From an uncultured Methanosarcinales archaeon (GTDB taxonomy: Archaea; Nanobdellota; Nanobdellia; Woesearchaeales; BS150m-G63): a DNA stretch of 44,323 bases. The notes under the pieces were generated by a model, which did no database searches, had not been told where the DNA came from, and saw nothing but the letters and a program-made list of their open reading frames with translations. A program made the position numbers and the translations under genes. Positions within the stretch are counted from its first letter, which is position 1. Every line of letters begins with the position of its first letter. Positions 1-7,968 of the stretch are shown here, in pieces. The stretch covers positions 1 through 44,323 of the forward strand of contig CAZVVW010000007.1 in NCBI GenBank assembly GCA_964630685.1, read 5' to 3'.

Positions 1-1
1 C

Positions 2-1114
2 ATCATATTACAAGCAACAAAGGGGTTAAGTAAATTACATGCTAAAGGTATTAGGCATAGAGACATTAAACCTTCAAATATACTTGCTTATGAGCAATAT
101 AATGAATGGGCGCTTGGAGATTATGGCACTTCATCTAATCGAGAATCAACTAAAAGCAGAAAAAATGCAGAAACTTTTCAATCGCCTGAATTTAGATTAA
201 ATAAAACAAAGGGAGTATTTAATTATGGATTTGAGGAAGATATATTCCAGTTAGGGGTTACTTATTATATGGTCCTTTCTGATGAAGAAGAAGGATTTGA
301 TAGGGGTTGGCAAAAAAAAGGAGGACCTTTACAAAACCACATTTATACCACTATTGAAAAAATGAATAAAAGTAAAGAAGAAAAATATTTCTTAAAAAGG
401 TTATGTGGAGAAAAGGCGCCAGATTCTAACAAAATACCTAAGGGAAAAACATTAGAAGACTATAGATATACTCACATAAATCAATTTATTGAAGAAGTAG
501 AAAGATATCTGAAAACGGGATCAATTAACAAACCTGTTGTTAAGAAAAAAATTAAAAAATTACCTAAACCACTTGTTAAAAAAGAAGTTGAAACTAAGAT
601 TGTTGAGGGAAATAAATATACTATTCCAAAATCTACACCTCAACCTAAACCAATTATTGAAGATCCTGCAGATCATCCTAATTATCAAAGATTTTTGACA
701 GAACACGATAATTTTTTAAATTGTTTAAATGGCGCAAAAAAAAATAATAATGGAAAATGGGGCACTATCAATCATCAAACAATTGATGGATTAATGAAAT
801 CATGTGACTCTTATTTAATTTGGGCAAATAAAAAAGATGTTCAAAAAGTTCCTCAGAGAAATGCGTTATTTGAATCTGGAAGAAATGAATATGATAAAAT
901 AAGAAATAAAGAATGGGATTTGCTTAAATCATTTGAAGAAGGACTAAATAAAAATGTTACTAAGCCAGATTTAATATATTTTATTAAAACAATATTTTTA
1001 TGGGGTCCGCCATTTACAACCCCTGATAAAGAAAGAGACAAAGGTAAAGCAAGATATGGTTTAAATGAATTAGATAAAATTCCTTATATTAAAGAATTAA
1101 AAAATGGAAAGTAA
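2..1114 (+). CDS. Hanks-type Ser/Thr protein kinase, 5'-truncated by the window edge, with a Lys/Pro-rich linker and an unknown C-terminal domain
   Basis: The frame of ORF 269..1114 is open from base 2 and reads ...KLHAKGIRHRDIKPSNIL...WALGDYG...FQSPE...EEDIFQLG. These are the catalytic loop HRDxKxxN, a DFG-like DYG, an APE-like SPE and subdomain IX D. Confidence 0.9.
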   Translation: MILQATKGLSKLHAKGIRHRDIKPSNILAYEQYNEWALGDYGTSSNRESTKSRKNAETFQSPEFRLNKTKGVFNYGFEEDIFQLGVTYYMVLSDEEEGFDRGWQKKGGPLQNHIYTTIEKMNKSKEEKYFLKRLCGEKAPDSNKIPKGKTLEDYRYTHINQFIEEVERYLKTGSINKPVVKKKIKKLPKPLVKKEVETKIVEGNKYTIPKSTPQPKPIIEDPADHPNYQRFLTEHDNFLNCLNGAKKNNNGKWGTINHQTIDGLMKSCDSYLIWANKKDVQKVPQRNALFESGRNEYDKIRNKEWDLLKSFEEGLNKNVTKPDLIYFIKTIFLWGPPFTTPDKERDKGKARYGLNELDKIPYIKELKNGK

Positions 1115-2087
1115 AAACCTAGAACAAAAACTTGAAGGGATAATTGGAGAGATTAAATCAGAAATTAAACCAAATGTAAAAAAGTTATGGGAAGAGTATG
1201 AAAATGCTTTAACTGATTGTTATGGGGCAAAATTCAAAGATTATGAGTATGAAAAGGCGTTGGGTGTATTAGAAAAGATAATCAAAGAAGAACCAAATAA
1301 TAGTAAAGTTTGGGTAAAAAGAGGTGATTTGTGTAGTTTACATCTAAAGAGAGATGATGCTTTAAGATGTTATGATAGGGCAATAGAAATAAATCCCAAA
1401 AATACAGATGCTTTAGTTGGAAAAGCAGAAGAATATGAATATGAGGATATGCCTGAAAAAGCATTGAAATTCTACAATAAAGCATTAGAAATAACGCCGA
1501 GAGATATAGATATTCTTGAAGAGAAGGCTTCTTTGTTAATTTATGATTTAGAAAGACCAAGAGAAGCGTTGAAAGTTTATAATCAAATATTGAAAATAGA
1601 TCCTGAAAATGATTTTGCGTGGAATGATAAAGCAGAAATATTGAATTCTCTTGGAGAATATGTTGGTGCACTAAAATGTTCAAACAAAGCAATAGGGATA
1701 GATTCAATTGATGGAGAATACTATTTCCATAAAGGTGTTGCTTTAGATGGACTTGGAAGATTTAAAGAAGCATATGATGCTTATTATTCTGCAGAAATAG
1801 CAAATAAAGCAGTATTTGATAAAGATAATATTCAAATACTGAATAATCAAGGTGCTGCTGCTGCTGAGATTGGAAGATATAATAGAGCGCTACGTTGTTT
1901 CGATAAAGCTTTAGAAATTTCTCCAAGATATAAAAAAGCTAAAAAAAATAAATCGATTGTTTCCAAAGCATTAGAAAAATCAAAAAAACTGCCTGATGGA
2001 TTAATTCCACTTATGAAAAAAGTGTTTTCAAAAGAGTGTGTTTCTATCCCTAAAGAACTAAAAGAAACCGCTATATATCCAATTTAA
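1104..2087 (+). CDS. TPR-repeat protein carrying the shared NLEQKLEGII leader
   Basis: Multiple 34-aa TPR motifs (A..CYDRAIEINPKN..A); N-terminus MESKNLEQKLEGIIGEIK. Confidence 0.9.
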   Translation: MESKNLEQKLEGIIGEIKSEIKPNVKKLWEEYENALTDCYGAKFKDYEYEKALGVLEKIIKEEPNNSKVWVKRGDLCSLHLKRDDALRCYDRAIEINPKNTDALVGKAEEYEYEDMPEKALKFYNKALEITPRDIDILEEKASLLIYDLERPREALKVYNQILKIDPENDFAWNDKAEILNSLGEYVGALKCSNKAIGIDSIDGEYYFHKGVALDGLGRFKEAYDAYYSAEIANKAVFDKDNIQILNNQGAAAAEIGRYNRALRCFDKALEISPRYKKAKKNKSIVSKALEKSKKLPDGLIPLMKKVFSKECVSIPKELKETAIYPI

Positions 2088-2092
2088 TTAAA

Positions 2093-3199
2093 ATGGAAAA
2101 AAACCTAGAACAAAAACTTGAAGGGATAATTGGAGAGATTAAAGAAATAGAAAAAACTGATGTAAAAATAAAATATTCTTCTAAAATAATAGAAAAAATA
2201 AAAAAAAGTACTGTTGCAAAATTAAAATGGCCTTTATTATATGTTGCGGGAACAATGATATTGGGCACAATAATACTGTACTATTCTCCTTCGCCAAACA
2301 AATCTCAAAATCACATAAAAAATAAAGGCACTATTAATGAAATTGTAATAGATTCTACTTTAACAGAAAATATAATGGGAGATTCTAAAGATTCATTAGA
2401 ATTAACTTTAAAAGATGGTCGCTATTGGCACAACAAAGGAATTAAATTACATAATTTAGAAGATTATGAAAGTGCAATTAAATGTTATGATTATGCTATT
2501 GAAATAGATTCTGAAGATGATATTGTCTGGAGTAATAGGGCTGCTGCTTTGAACAGTCTTGGAAGATTTGAAGAATCGGTTGAATCCTATGATAACTCAT
2601 TAGAAATAAGCCTTAATGACCCTATTAATTTTGGTTATAGAATTCTAAATAGTCTTAGATTAAATAACAAAGCATCTGTATTGATTGAGTTGGGAAAATT
2701 GGAAGAAGCAATTGAATCCTATGATAAAGCTATTAAACTTAATCCAGGAGATGAAGTACTCTATTATAACAAAGGGGATGTATTGGATGATCTTAACAGA
2801 AATAATGAAGCTATTGAATGTTATAATAAAGCTATTGAAATTAACCCTTTATCAGGTATATCTTGGAATAATAAAGGAAGGGTGCTAAAGGAACAAAAAA
2901 AATTGGAAGATGCCTTATATTGTTACAATAAGGCTATCGAGATAAATCAAAACAATAGTATGGCTTGGAATAATAAAGGGGATGTCTTAGAAGATCAAAA
3001 AAAATTGGAAGATGCCTTATATTGTTACAATAAGGCTATTGAAATAAATCCTAAAAATGATAGTGCTTGGAATAATAAAGGAAATATGTTTTATAGTGAG
3101 AGGAATACTGAAGATGCTTTAAAATGTTATACTATGGCTGTTGAAATAAACCCTAATAATCAAAATTCATTAAACATGATAAAATTACTGAGTGATTAA
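2093..3199 (+). CDS. TPR-repeat protein with one predicted TM helix, carrying the shared leader
   Basis: N-terminus MEKNLEQKLEGIIGEIK; hydrophobic segment WPLLYVAGTMILGTIILYY; repeated AWNNKG...CYNKAIEINP TPRs. Confidence 0.9.
   Translation: MEKNLEQKLEGIIGEIKEIEKTDVKIKYSSKIIEKIKKSTVAKLKWPLLYVAGTMILGTIILYYSPSPNKSQNHIKNKGTINEIVIDSTLTENIMGDSKDSLELTLKDGRYWHNKGIKLHNLEDYESAIKCYDYAIEIDSEDDIVWSNRAAALNSLGRFEESVESYDNSLEISLNDPINFGYRILNSLRLNNKASVLIELGKLEEAIESYDKAIKLNPGDEVLYYNKGDVLDDLNRNNEAIECYNKAIEINPLSGISWNNKGRVLKEQKKLEDALYCYNKAIEINQNNSMAWNNKGDVLEDQKKLEDALYCYNKAIEINPKNDSAWNNKGNMFYSERNTEDALKCYTMAVEINPNNQNSLNMIKLLSD
2894..3039 (+). repeat. Recent in-frame TPR unit duplication (44-bp exact repeat, 102-bp period)
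   Basis: CAAAAAAAATTGGAAGATGCCTTATATTGTTACAATAAGGCTAT occurs at 2894-2937 and 2996-3039. Confidence 0.9.
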
Positions 3200-3200
3200 T

Positions 3201-3908
3201 ATGAAAGAAAAAAATCTTGAACAAAAACTTGAAGGGATTATTGGATTTTTTAATTCAAGAAACTCAGAGAAAAGGGTTGAAAAATCAAAAAAAAATGTTG
3301 ATGAGATTAGAGATTACAGTATAGACCCTGAAATTGCTAAAAAAAGATACACTGAATATAAAATAGAGATATTTAAGAAGTTAAGTAAACTTTTTGTTGA
3401 TGGAGATATTCATTCTAGAGATGAATTAATTTCAAAAATTAATGGGTGGGCTGGCAATTATTGTAGAGATTTAAGAAAAAGTAAAGATTATGACCACTCA
3501 AGTTATATTAGGGGTTTAGTTGATTTAGGGTTACTCAAAAGAAATAAAGGCGATAGTCTATTTGAAGGGTGTGCTAAAAAAGTGAGTTATGAAGCTCCTA
3601 AAAAATTAGAAAAATCTGCTCAAGAAGATGACCTCATTATTGTAAAAAGAATGAGTGGAAGCCCCTATAACAAACATAAAACAAAAATTCTCAAAGAATT
3701 AAGTGGTGGATTTTCTCCTGGAACTGTTTATTCTAGAGATGATGCTATTTTATTAATTAAAATGCTGGCTGATGATTATGATCCTAATTTGTTAAATCAA
3801 AATGGGTATGATTATATGCATTTATTGAGAGGCTTGATAGATATTGGGCATCTCAATAGAAATAAAACTGGTACCAAATATTGTAAAGGAACTCCAAGAG
3901 ATGAATAA
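3201..3908 (+). CDS. Protein with the shared leader and two tandem DUF2087-like winged-helix domains
   Basis: ATG at 3201 gives MKEKNLEQKLEGIIG. Two internal repeats of F..G..[HY]SRD...DY....RGL[VI]D.G.L.RN resemble the DUF2087 consensus as I recall it. Confidence 0.65.
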   Translation: MKEKNLEQKLEGIIGFFNSRNSEKRVEKSKKNVDEIRDYSIDPEIAKKRYTEYKIEIFKKLSKLFVDGDIHSRDELISKINGWAGNYCRDLRKSKDYDHSSYIRGLVDLGLLKRNKGDSLFEGCAKKVSYEAPKKLEKSAQEDDLIIVKRMSGSPYNKHKTKILKELSGGFSPGTVYSRDDAILLIKMLADDYDPNLLNQNGYDYMHLLRGLIDIGHLNRNKTGTKYCKGTPRDE

Positions 3909-3909
3909 C

Positions 3910-4278
3910 ATGGCAAATAAAAATCTTGAATCTAAACTTGAAGACATTATTAGTGAGATTAAGAAGACCCCTAAAAAAACTCAAACATATGGGCCTTTTG
4001 AAAATGAGCCCTATGAAAACAATAAAAGGTTTAAAAAAAGATATGGGTTACTTAAAGAATGTTACAGAGGATTATTTCATTGTATGGATGATTTTTTTGA
4101 AGTTGATAAAAGGGGGGGAGCATTAAGAAATGTTTTTTTTGGCTCTCTTTTTGCAATATGGTTGGGAACTACAATTACATATTGTAACGGCTGTTTTAAT
4201 GAAGAATCAAATGTTCCTGCTGTAGAAGAAAGGATGGGGTATGAAAACAATTCCGACCAATATGGGGTGGTAGAATAA
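3910..4278 (+). CDS. Small membrane protein carrying the shared leader
   Basis: ATG at 3910, just after the upstream stop, gives MANKNLESKLEDIISEIKK; hydrophobic segment VFFGSLFAIWLGTTITY. Confidence 0.75.
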   Translation: MANKNLESKLEDIISEIKKTPKKTQTYGPFENEPYENNKRFKKRYGLLKECYRGLFHCMDDFFEVDKRGGALRNVFFGSLFAIWLGTTITYCNGCFNEESNVPAVEERMGYENNSDQYGVVE

Positions 4279-4279
4279 A

Positions 4280-4342
4280 ATGAATAAAAAACCTAATTTA
4301 GAACAGCAAATTGAGAGCATAGTTGAATTAAATAAAAAATGA
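4280..4342 (+). CDS. 20-aa leader-only mini-ORF (MNKKPNLEQQIESIVELNKK)
   Basis: The ATG is 1 nt after the previous stop, and its TGA overlaps the next ATG (ATGA at 4339-4342). The sequence matches the array leader motif. Confidence 0.6.
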   Translation: MNKKPNLEQQIESIVELNKK

Positions 4343-5574
4343 AACAATATAAAAACTCGCAAAACCTGGAAACCAAGGTTGAAGGGATTATTGAAAAGAT
4401 CAGATTGCCTAGTCTTGAACGTATGACTAAATTTACTGAATATGATGTTAAAGAAGATATCGTTGTTCCTAAAGGAAGATATGTTGTAGATAAAGATATT
4501 GTTATTAAGAAAGAAGGGGGTTTGAAAATTGCTTCTGGAACTGAATTCTATTTCAAAAAAGATGCTGGAATTGTTGTTTATGGATATTTACAGGCGAAAG
4601 GAACTGGAGAAGAGAGAATTTTATTTTCTTCTTATGGTGATGTATGGAAAAATATATCTATATTTAATTTAGGAGATAAAGAATCTGAGCTTGAGTACTG
4701 TGATATAACAAAAGGAACTGGGAGACTTATTGAAGATTTAATACACTCAAAAAATTCAGAAAAGTTCCTTGGAGAAATGAAAAAATATGATGAACTTGGC
4801 GGAGGCATACTTATTATTAAATCAAATCCTTTGATACAAAATTGTGATATCTATGAAAACCAAGCATTTCATGGTGGTGGAATGTATATCTGTAAATTCT
4901 CTAAACCTCCTTTAGAAAAAACAATTATAGAAAAAAACAAAAGCAAAGTGGGGGGAGGGATTTATATCCTTGAATCTGCACCTCAATTAAAAAATGGTTG
5001 TTATATATCCCAAAATGAAGCCGAATATATGGGTGGAGGTATTTGTGCTTCGAGATCTGGATTATCATTAAATAAAATCTATATAAATTCAAATAGTGCA
5101 GATTCTCCAGGAATTGGGGGGGGGATCTATTTAAGTAATTCTGAATTAAAAATGAATAGTGGAGGTATAAGCAAAAATAATTCCAAAATGGGTGGTGGTG
5201 GTGCTTGGTTTTACAAATCAATCGTGACTATAGAAAATTCAGTAATAGAGGATAATATAACAAAAGGAAGTGGTGGCGGATTATATGCTCGACTTTCTGA
5301 TATTGGTATAGAAAATGCAATAATTGAGAATAATGAAGCAAAAATTGGTGGGGGAATGTGCATAGATAAATGCGATCGATTAGCGATAAGGGAGAACTTA
5401 ATAAATTATAATACTGCTGAAAAAGGTGGAGGTGTTTTTCATAGGGGTTCAGAACCAAAAAGTTTGGGTTGGTTAAAAAATAAAATAGTATATCTTTGTG
5501 GAGACTCAATTAAATTGGATAATAATGTATCTAACAATCAAGTAGATAATATTTATGGTCCTGATAAAAAATGA
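4339..5574 (+). CDS. Right-handed beta-helix protein (Pmp-like GGG[IL]Y / NxA repeats) carrying the shared leader
   Basis: Repeated N.A..GGG[IML][YC] motifs; N-terminus MKQYKNSQNLETKVEGIIEKIR. Confidence 0.85.
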   Translation: MKQYKNSQNLETKVEGIIEKIRLPSLERMTKFTEYDVKEDIVVPKGRYVVDKDIVIKKEGGLKIASGTEFYFKKDAGIVVYGYLQAKGTGEERILFSSYGDVWKNISIFNLGDKESELEYCDITKGTGRLIEDLIHSKNSEKFLGEMKKYDELGGGILIIKSNPLIQNCDIYENQAFHGGGMYICKFSKPPLEKTIIEKNKSKVGGGIYILESAPQLKNGCYISQNEAEYMGGGICASRSGLSLNKIYINSNSADSPGIGGGIYLSNSELKMNSGGISKNNSKMGGGGAWFYKSIVTIENSVIEDNITKGSGGGLYARLSDIGIENAIIENNEAKIGGGMCIDKCDRLAIRENLINYNTAEKGGGVFHRGSEPKSLGWLKNKIVYLCGDSIKLDNNVSNNQVDNIYGPDKK

Positions 5575-5903
5575 AAGATGACCAAAATTTAGAACAAAAA
5601 CTTGAAGGGATTGTTGAACAGATAAAAGTAGATGTTTCAGAAAAAGAAAAAGATTTATTTGAAAAAGCTAAAAAATTATATTTTGAGGGAAATTATGGTG
5701 AATCAATAGAATGTTATGATAAAGCCATTGAAATAAATCCAGAATATAGCTCTGCTTGGAATAATAAAGGGAATGCTTTAGACGAACAAGGAAAATTAGA
5801 ACGAGCAATCGAATGCTATGATAAGGCAATTGAAATAAATCCTGAATTTGATATTGCTAAAAATAATAGAAGAATTGTTTTAGGAGAATTAAATGAAAAA
5901 TGA
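5571..5903 (+). CDS. Short TPR protein carrying the shared leader
   Basis: MKDDQNLEQKLEGIVEQIK followed by two ECYDKAIEINPE TPR units. Confidence 0.88.
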   Translation: MKDDQNLEQKLEGIVEQIKVDVSEKEKDLFEKAKKLYFEGNYGESIECYDKAIEINPEYSSAWNNKGNALDEQGKLERAIECYDKAIEINPEFDIAKNNRRIVLGELNEK

Positions 5904-6388
5904 AAGAAAAAGATAAAAACTCGCAAAACCTGGAAACCAAGGTTAAAGAAATTGTTGGAAAGATCAAAGGAAAAGAAGTAGAATATTTAATCAAAAAAGG
6001 AGATGCTTTTTATGGGGCAGAGAATTTTAAAGAAGCGATTGAGTGTTATGATAAAATTCTAGCGGAAGATCGGGACAATTTGGAAGTTTGGTTAAATAAA
6101 GGAAATTCATTACTTTATTTAAGGAAATTGGATGAATCTATAACTTCTTTTGATAACATTATTAAAACAGGATATTCTAAATATCGTTCTTCAGCATACA
6201 TAGGTAAAGCAGCAGCATTATACGAACAAGAAAAATATGAAGAGGCGGTGGAAGCTATGGAAAAATCAAGGATAAATGACATTGGGGTACGCTTTGCATT
6301 AAAGGATGTTAAAAAAAAGGCAGCATATCAAAAAGCAAAATGGCCTAAAAAGGTTATGTTGAATATTCAAAAACTTTTTTATGATTAA
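5900..6388 (+). CDS. TPR protein carrying the shared leader
   Basis: MKEKDKNSQNLETKVKEIVGKIK; TPR motifs EAIECYDKIL and WLNKGNSL. Confidence 0.85.
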   Translation: MKEKDKNSQNLETKVKEIVGKIKGKEVEYLIKKGDAFYGAENFKEAIECYDKILAEDRDNLEVWLNKGNSLLYLRKLDESITSFDNIIKTGYSKYRSSAYIGKAAALYEQEKYEEAVEAMEKSRINDIGVRFALKDVKKKAAYQKAKWPKKVMLNIQKLFYD

Positions 6389-6516
6389 AAAAAGTGCATG
6401 AGATTATTTGTAAAGTAATGGGGGATATAAAAAAAAGAGAATCTAGTAAATAAACTTTATGAAACATATAGTGATTCTGTAACTATCAAAATCGATTCTA
6501 TTAAGTGATGATAAAG

Positions 6517-6678
6517 AAATAAAAAAATACGCCAACGCCTGAGATTTGGAACCTACGTTTTGGGTCGTAGCCCCCCAGATGCAATATAAGTTAACTTCGT
6601 TAACTTAATTACATAGCACACTCTTTAATGGATTATCTTAATTGAAAAACACAATAAATAAAAAAATACGCCAACGCC
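6517..6678 (-). repeat. 23-bp direct repeat of the tRNA-Ser 3' end plus trailer, flanking a structured element
   Basis: AAATAAAAAAATACGCCAACGCC occurs at 6517-6539 and 6656-6678 (139-bp period). Confidence 0.9.
6541..6612 (-). other. tRNA-associated 72-nt structured element, copy 1
   Basis: The reverse complement GTAATTAAGTTAACGAAGTTAACTTATATTGCATCTGGGGGGCTACGACCCAAAACGTAGGTTCCAAATCTC aligns without gaps to 40651-40722 (56/72 identical). Confidence 0.85.
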
Positions 6679-6784
6679 CGGATTTGAACCGGGAATCCCA
6701 AAGGGACCGGCTGTTTTGGAAAAAACAAATGCTTTTTCTTTTTTCACTCAAGGCCGGCGCAATACCAGGTTATGCGACGTTGGC
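6669..6784 (-). tRNA. tRNA-Ser(TGA) with a 34-nt intron at 37/38 (intron 6713-6746)
   Basis: Acceptor GCCAACG/CGTTGGC with G73; anticodon stem CCGGC/GCCGG around CT-TGA-G; long variable arm; T arm CCCGG TTCAAAT CCGGG; relaxed BHB motif at the intron. Confidence 0.92.
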
Positions 6785-6808
6785 ATAATGGTTTAGATAA
6801 TTAAGTGA

Positions 6809-6816
6809 TTTATAAA
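6809..6816 (-). promoter_or_regulatory. TATA box of tRNA-Ser
   Basis: TTTATAAA about 25 nt upstream of the tRNA 5' end. Confidence 0.6.
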
Positions 6817-7026
6817 AGTTATTGTTAGTTCAAAATCCAATTTTAATATCCTTTTTTAAGGTTTTCGAAAGGTTTATTAATAAAATTTAGAAAAGTTTAT
6901 CGACGAGAAATTTTTAAAAATAGGAACCTTTATATATAACTTGTGTGCTTTGTTTATAAAACTATTGTATCTATCAATAGGTGTTAAGTTTTAATGTTCA
7001 ATTATTAAATCTTTCGGGTGGTAAAT

Positions 7027-7956
7027 ATGGCAGACGAAAAATATGTTAAAAAATGCCCTGAATGTGGCAGTATAAACTTGTTCTGGAATCGTGACCGAGG
7101 AGAGATAATCTGTAAAGATTGTGGCCTTGTGGTCGAAGAAAAAATGATTGACTTTGGTCAAGAATGGCGAGAGTTTGATCAAAAAGGAGAATCTAAAAGA
7201 AGGGCTGGAGCTCCAATGACTTATACTCAATATGACCAAGGATTAGGTACTAGAGTTGGTACATCTTCTGATTTGTATGGTCTTGGTAAGAAAGACAGAA
7301 ATAAATTCTTTAGATTAAGAAAATGGCAGAACAGAATTTCAACTGCCATTGAAAGAAACCTTAAACTGGCTTTGGCTGAATTGAAAAGGGTCGGTTCTTA
7401 TTTAAAATTACCAAAATCTGTAGAAGAAGAAGCAGCAAGAATCTACACAATGGCTGTTCAGAAAGGATTAGTAAGGGGAAGAAGTATGGAGAGTGTTGTT
7501 GCTGGAGCTTTATACGCTGCATGCAGAAGACACGAAGTTCCCCGTACTTTGGATGAATTAAGTGAAGCTAGTGGAATTGAGAAAAAAGAAATTGGAAGAA
7601 CTTACAGATTTGTTACAAGAGAATTGGGAATGAATATTCTACCAAGTAATCCTGAAGAATACATAGCAAGATTTGCTTCTGCACTAAAATTAAGCCCAGA
7701 ATCTCAATCAAAATCAATTGATATTCTTAAAAAAGCACAAAAAGCAGAATTAACTTCTGGTAGGGGTCCAACAGGAATCGCTGCAGCTGCATTATATGTG
7801 AGTGCATTAATTCATGGCGAAAAGAGAACTCAAAGAGAAGTTGCAGATGTTGCTGGTGTGACAGAAGTTACTATCAGAAACAGATACAAGGAATTGCTTG
7901 CTAAATTAAATCTTGAAAAAAATATTAAGAAAATCAAGAAAAAGAATAAAAAATAA
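7027..7956 (+). CDS. tfb: Transcription initiation factor IIB (TFB)
   Basis: Zn ribbon CPECG...CKDCG, B-reader EWREF, and cyclin repeats with GRSMESVVAGALY and TQREVADVAGVTEVTIRNRY. Confidence 0.98.
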   Translation: MADEKYVKKCPECGSINLFWNRDRGEIICKDCGLVVEEKMIDFGQEWREFDQKGESKRRAGAPMTYTQYDQGLGTRVGTSSDLYGLGKKDRNKFFRLRKWQNRISTAIERNLKLALAELKRVGSYLKLPKSVEEEAARIYTMAVQKGLVRGRSMESVVAGALYAACRRHEVPRTLDELSEASGIEKKEIGRTYRFVTRELGMNILPSNPEEYIARFASALKLSPESQSKSIDILKKAQKAELTSGRGPTGIAAAALYVSALIHGEKRTQREVADVAGVTEVTIRNRYKELLAKLNLEKNIKKIKKKNKK

Positions 7957-7968
7957 TTTCTTTTTCTT

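Noticed and set aside
1113..2143. Diversity-generating retroelement template/variable repeat pair
   Set aside because: The repeats are identical or differ at non-adenine positions, lie at gene 5' ends, and no reverse transcriptase is in the window.
1104..6388. Classical integron cassette array
   Set aside because: There is no intergenic space for attC sites, the repeats are coding and not palindromic, and no integrase is visible.
6669..6784. Selenocysteine or opal-suppressor tRNA
   Set aside because: The anticodon is 5'-TGA-3', which reads UCA (Ser); a suppressor would need TCA. The acceptor stem is a normal 7 bp.
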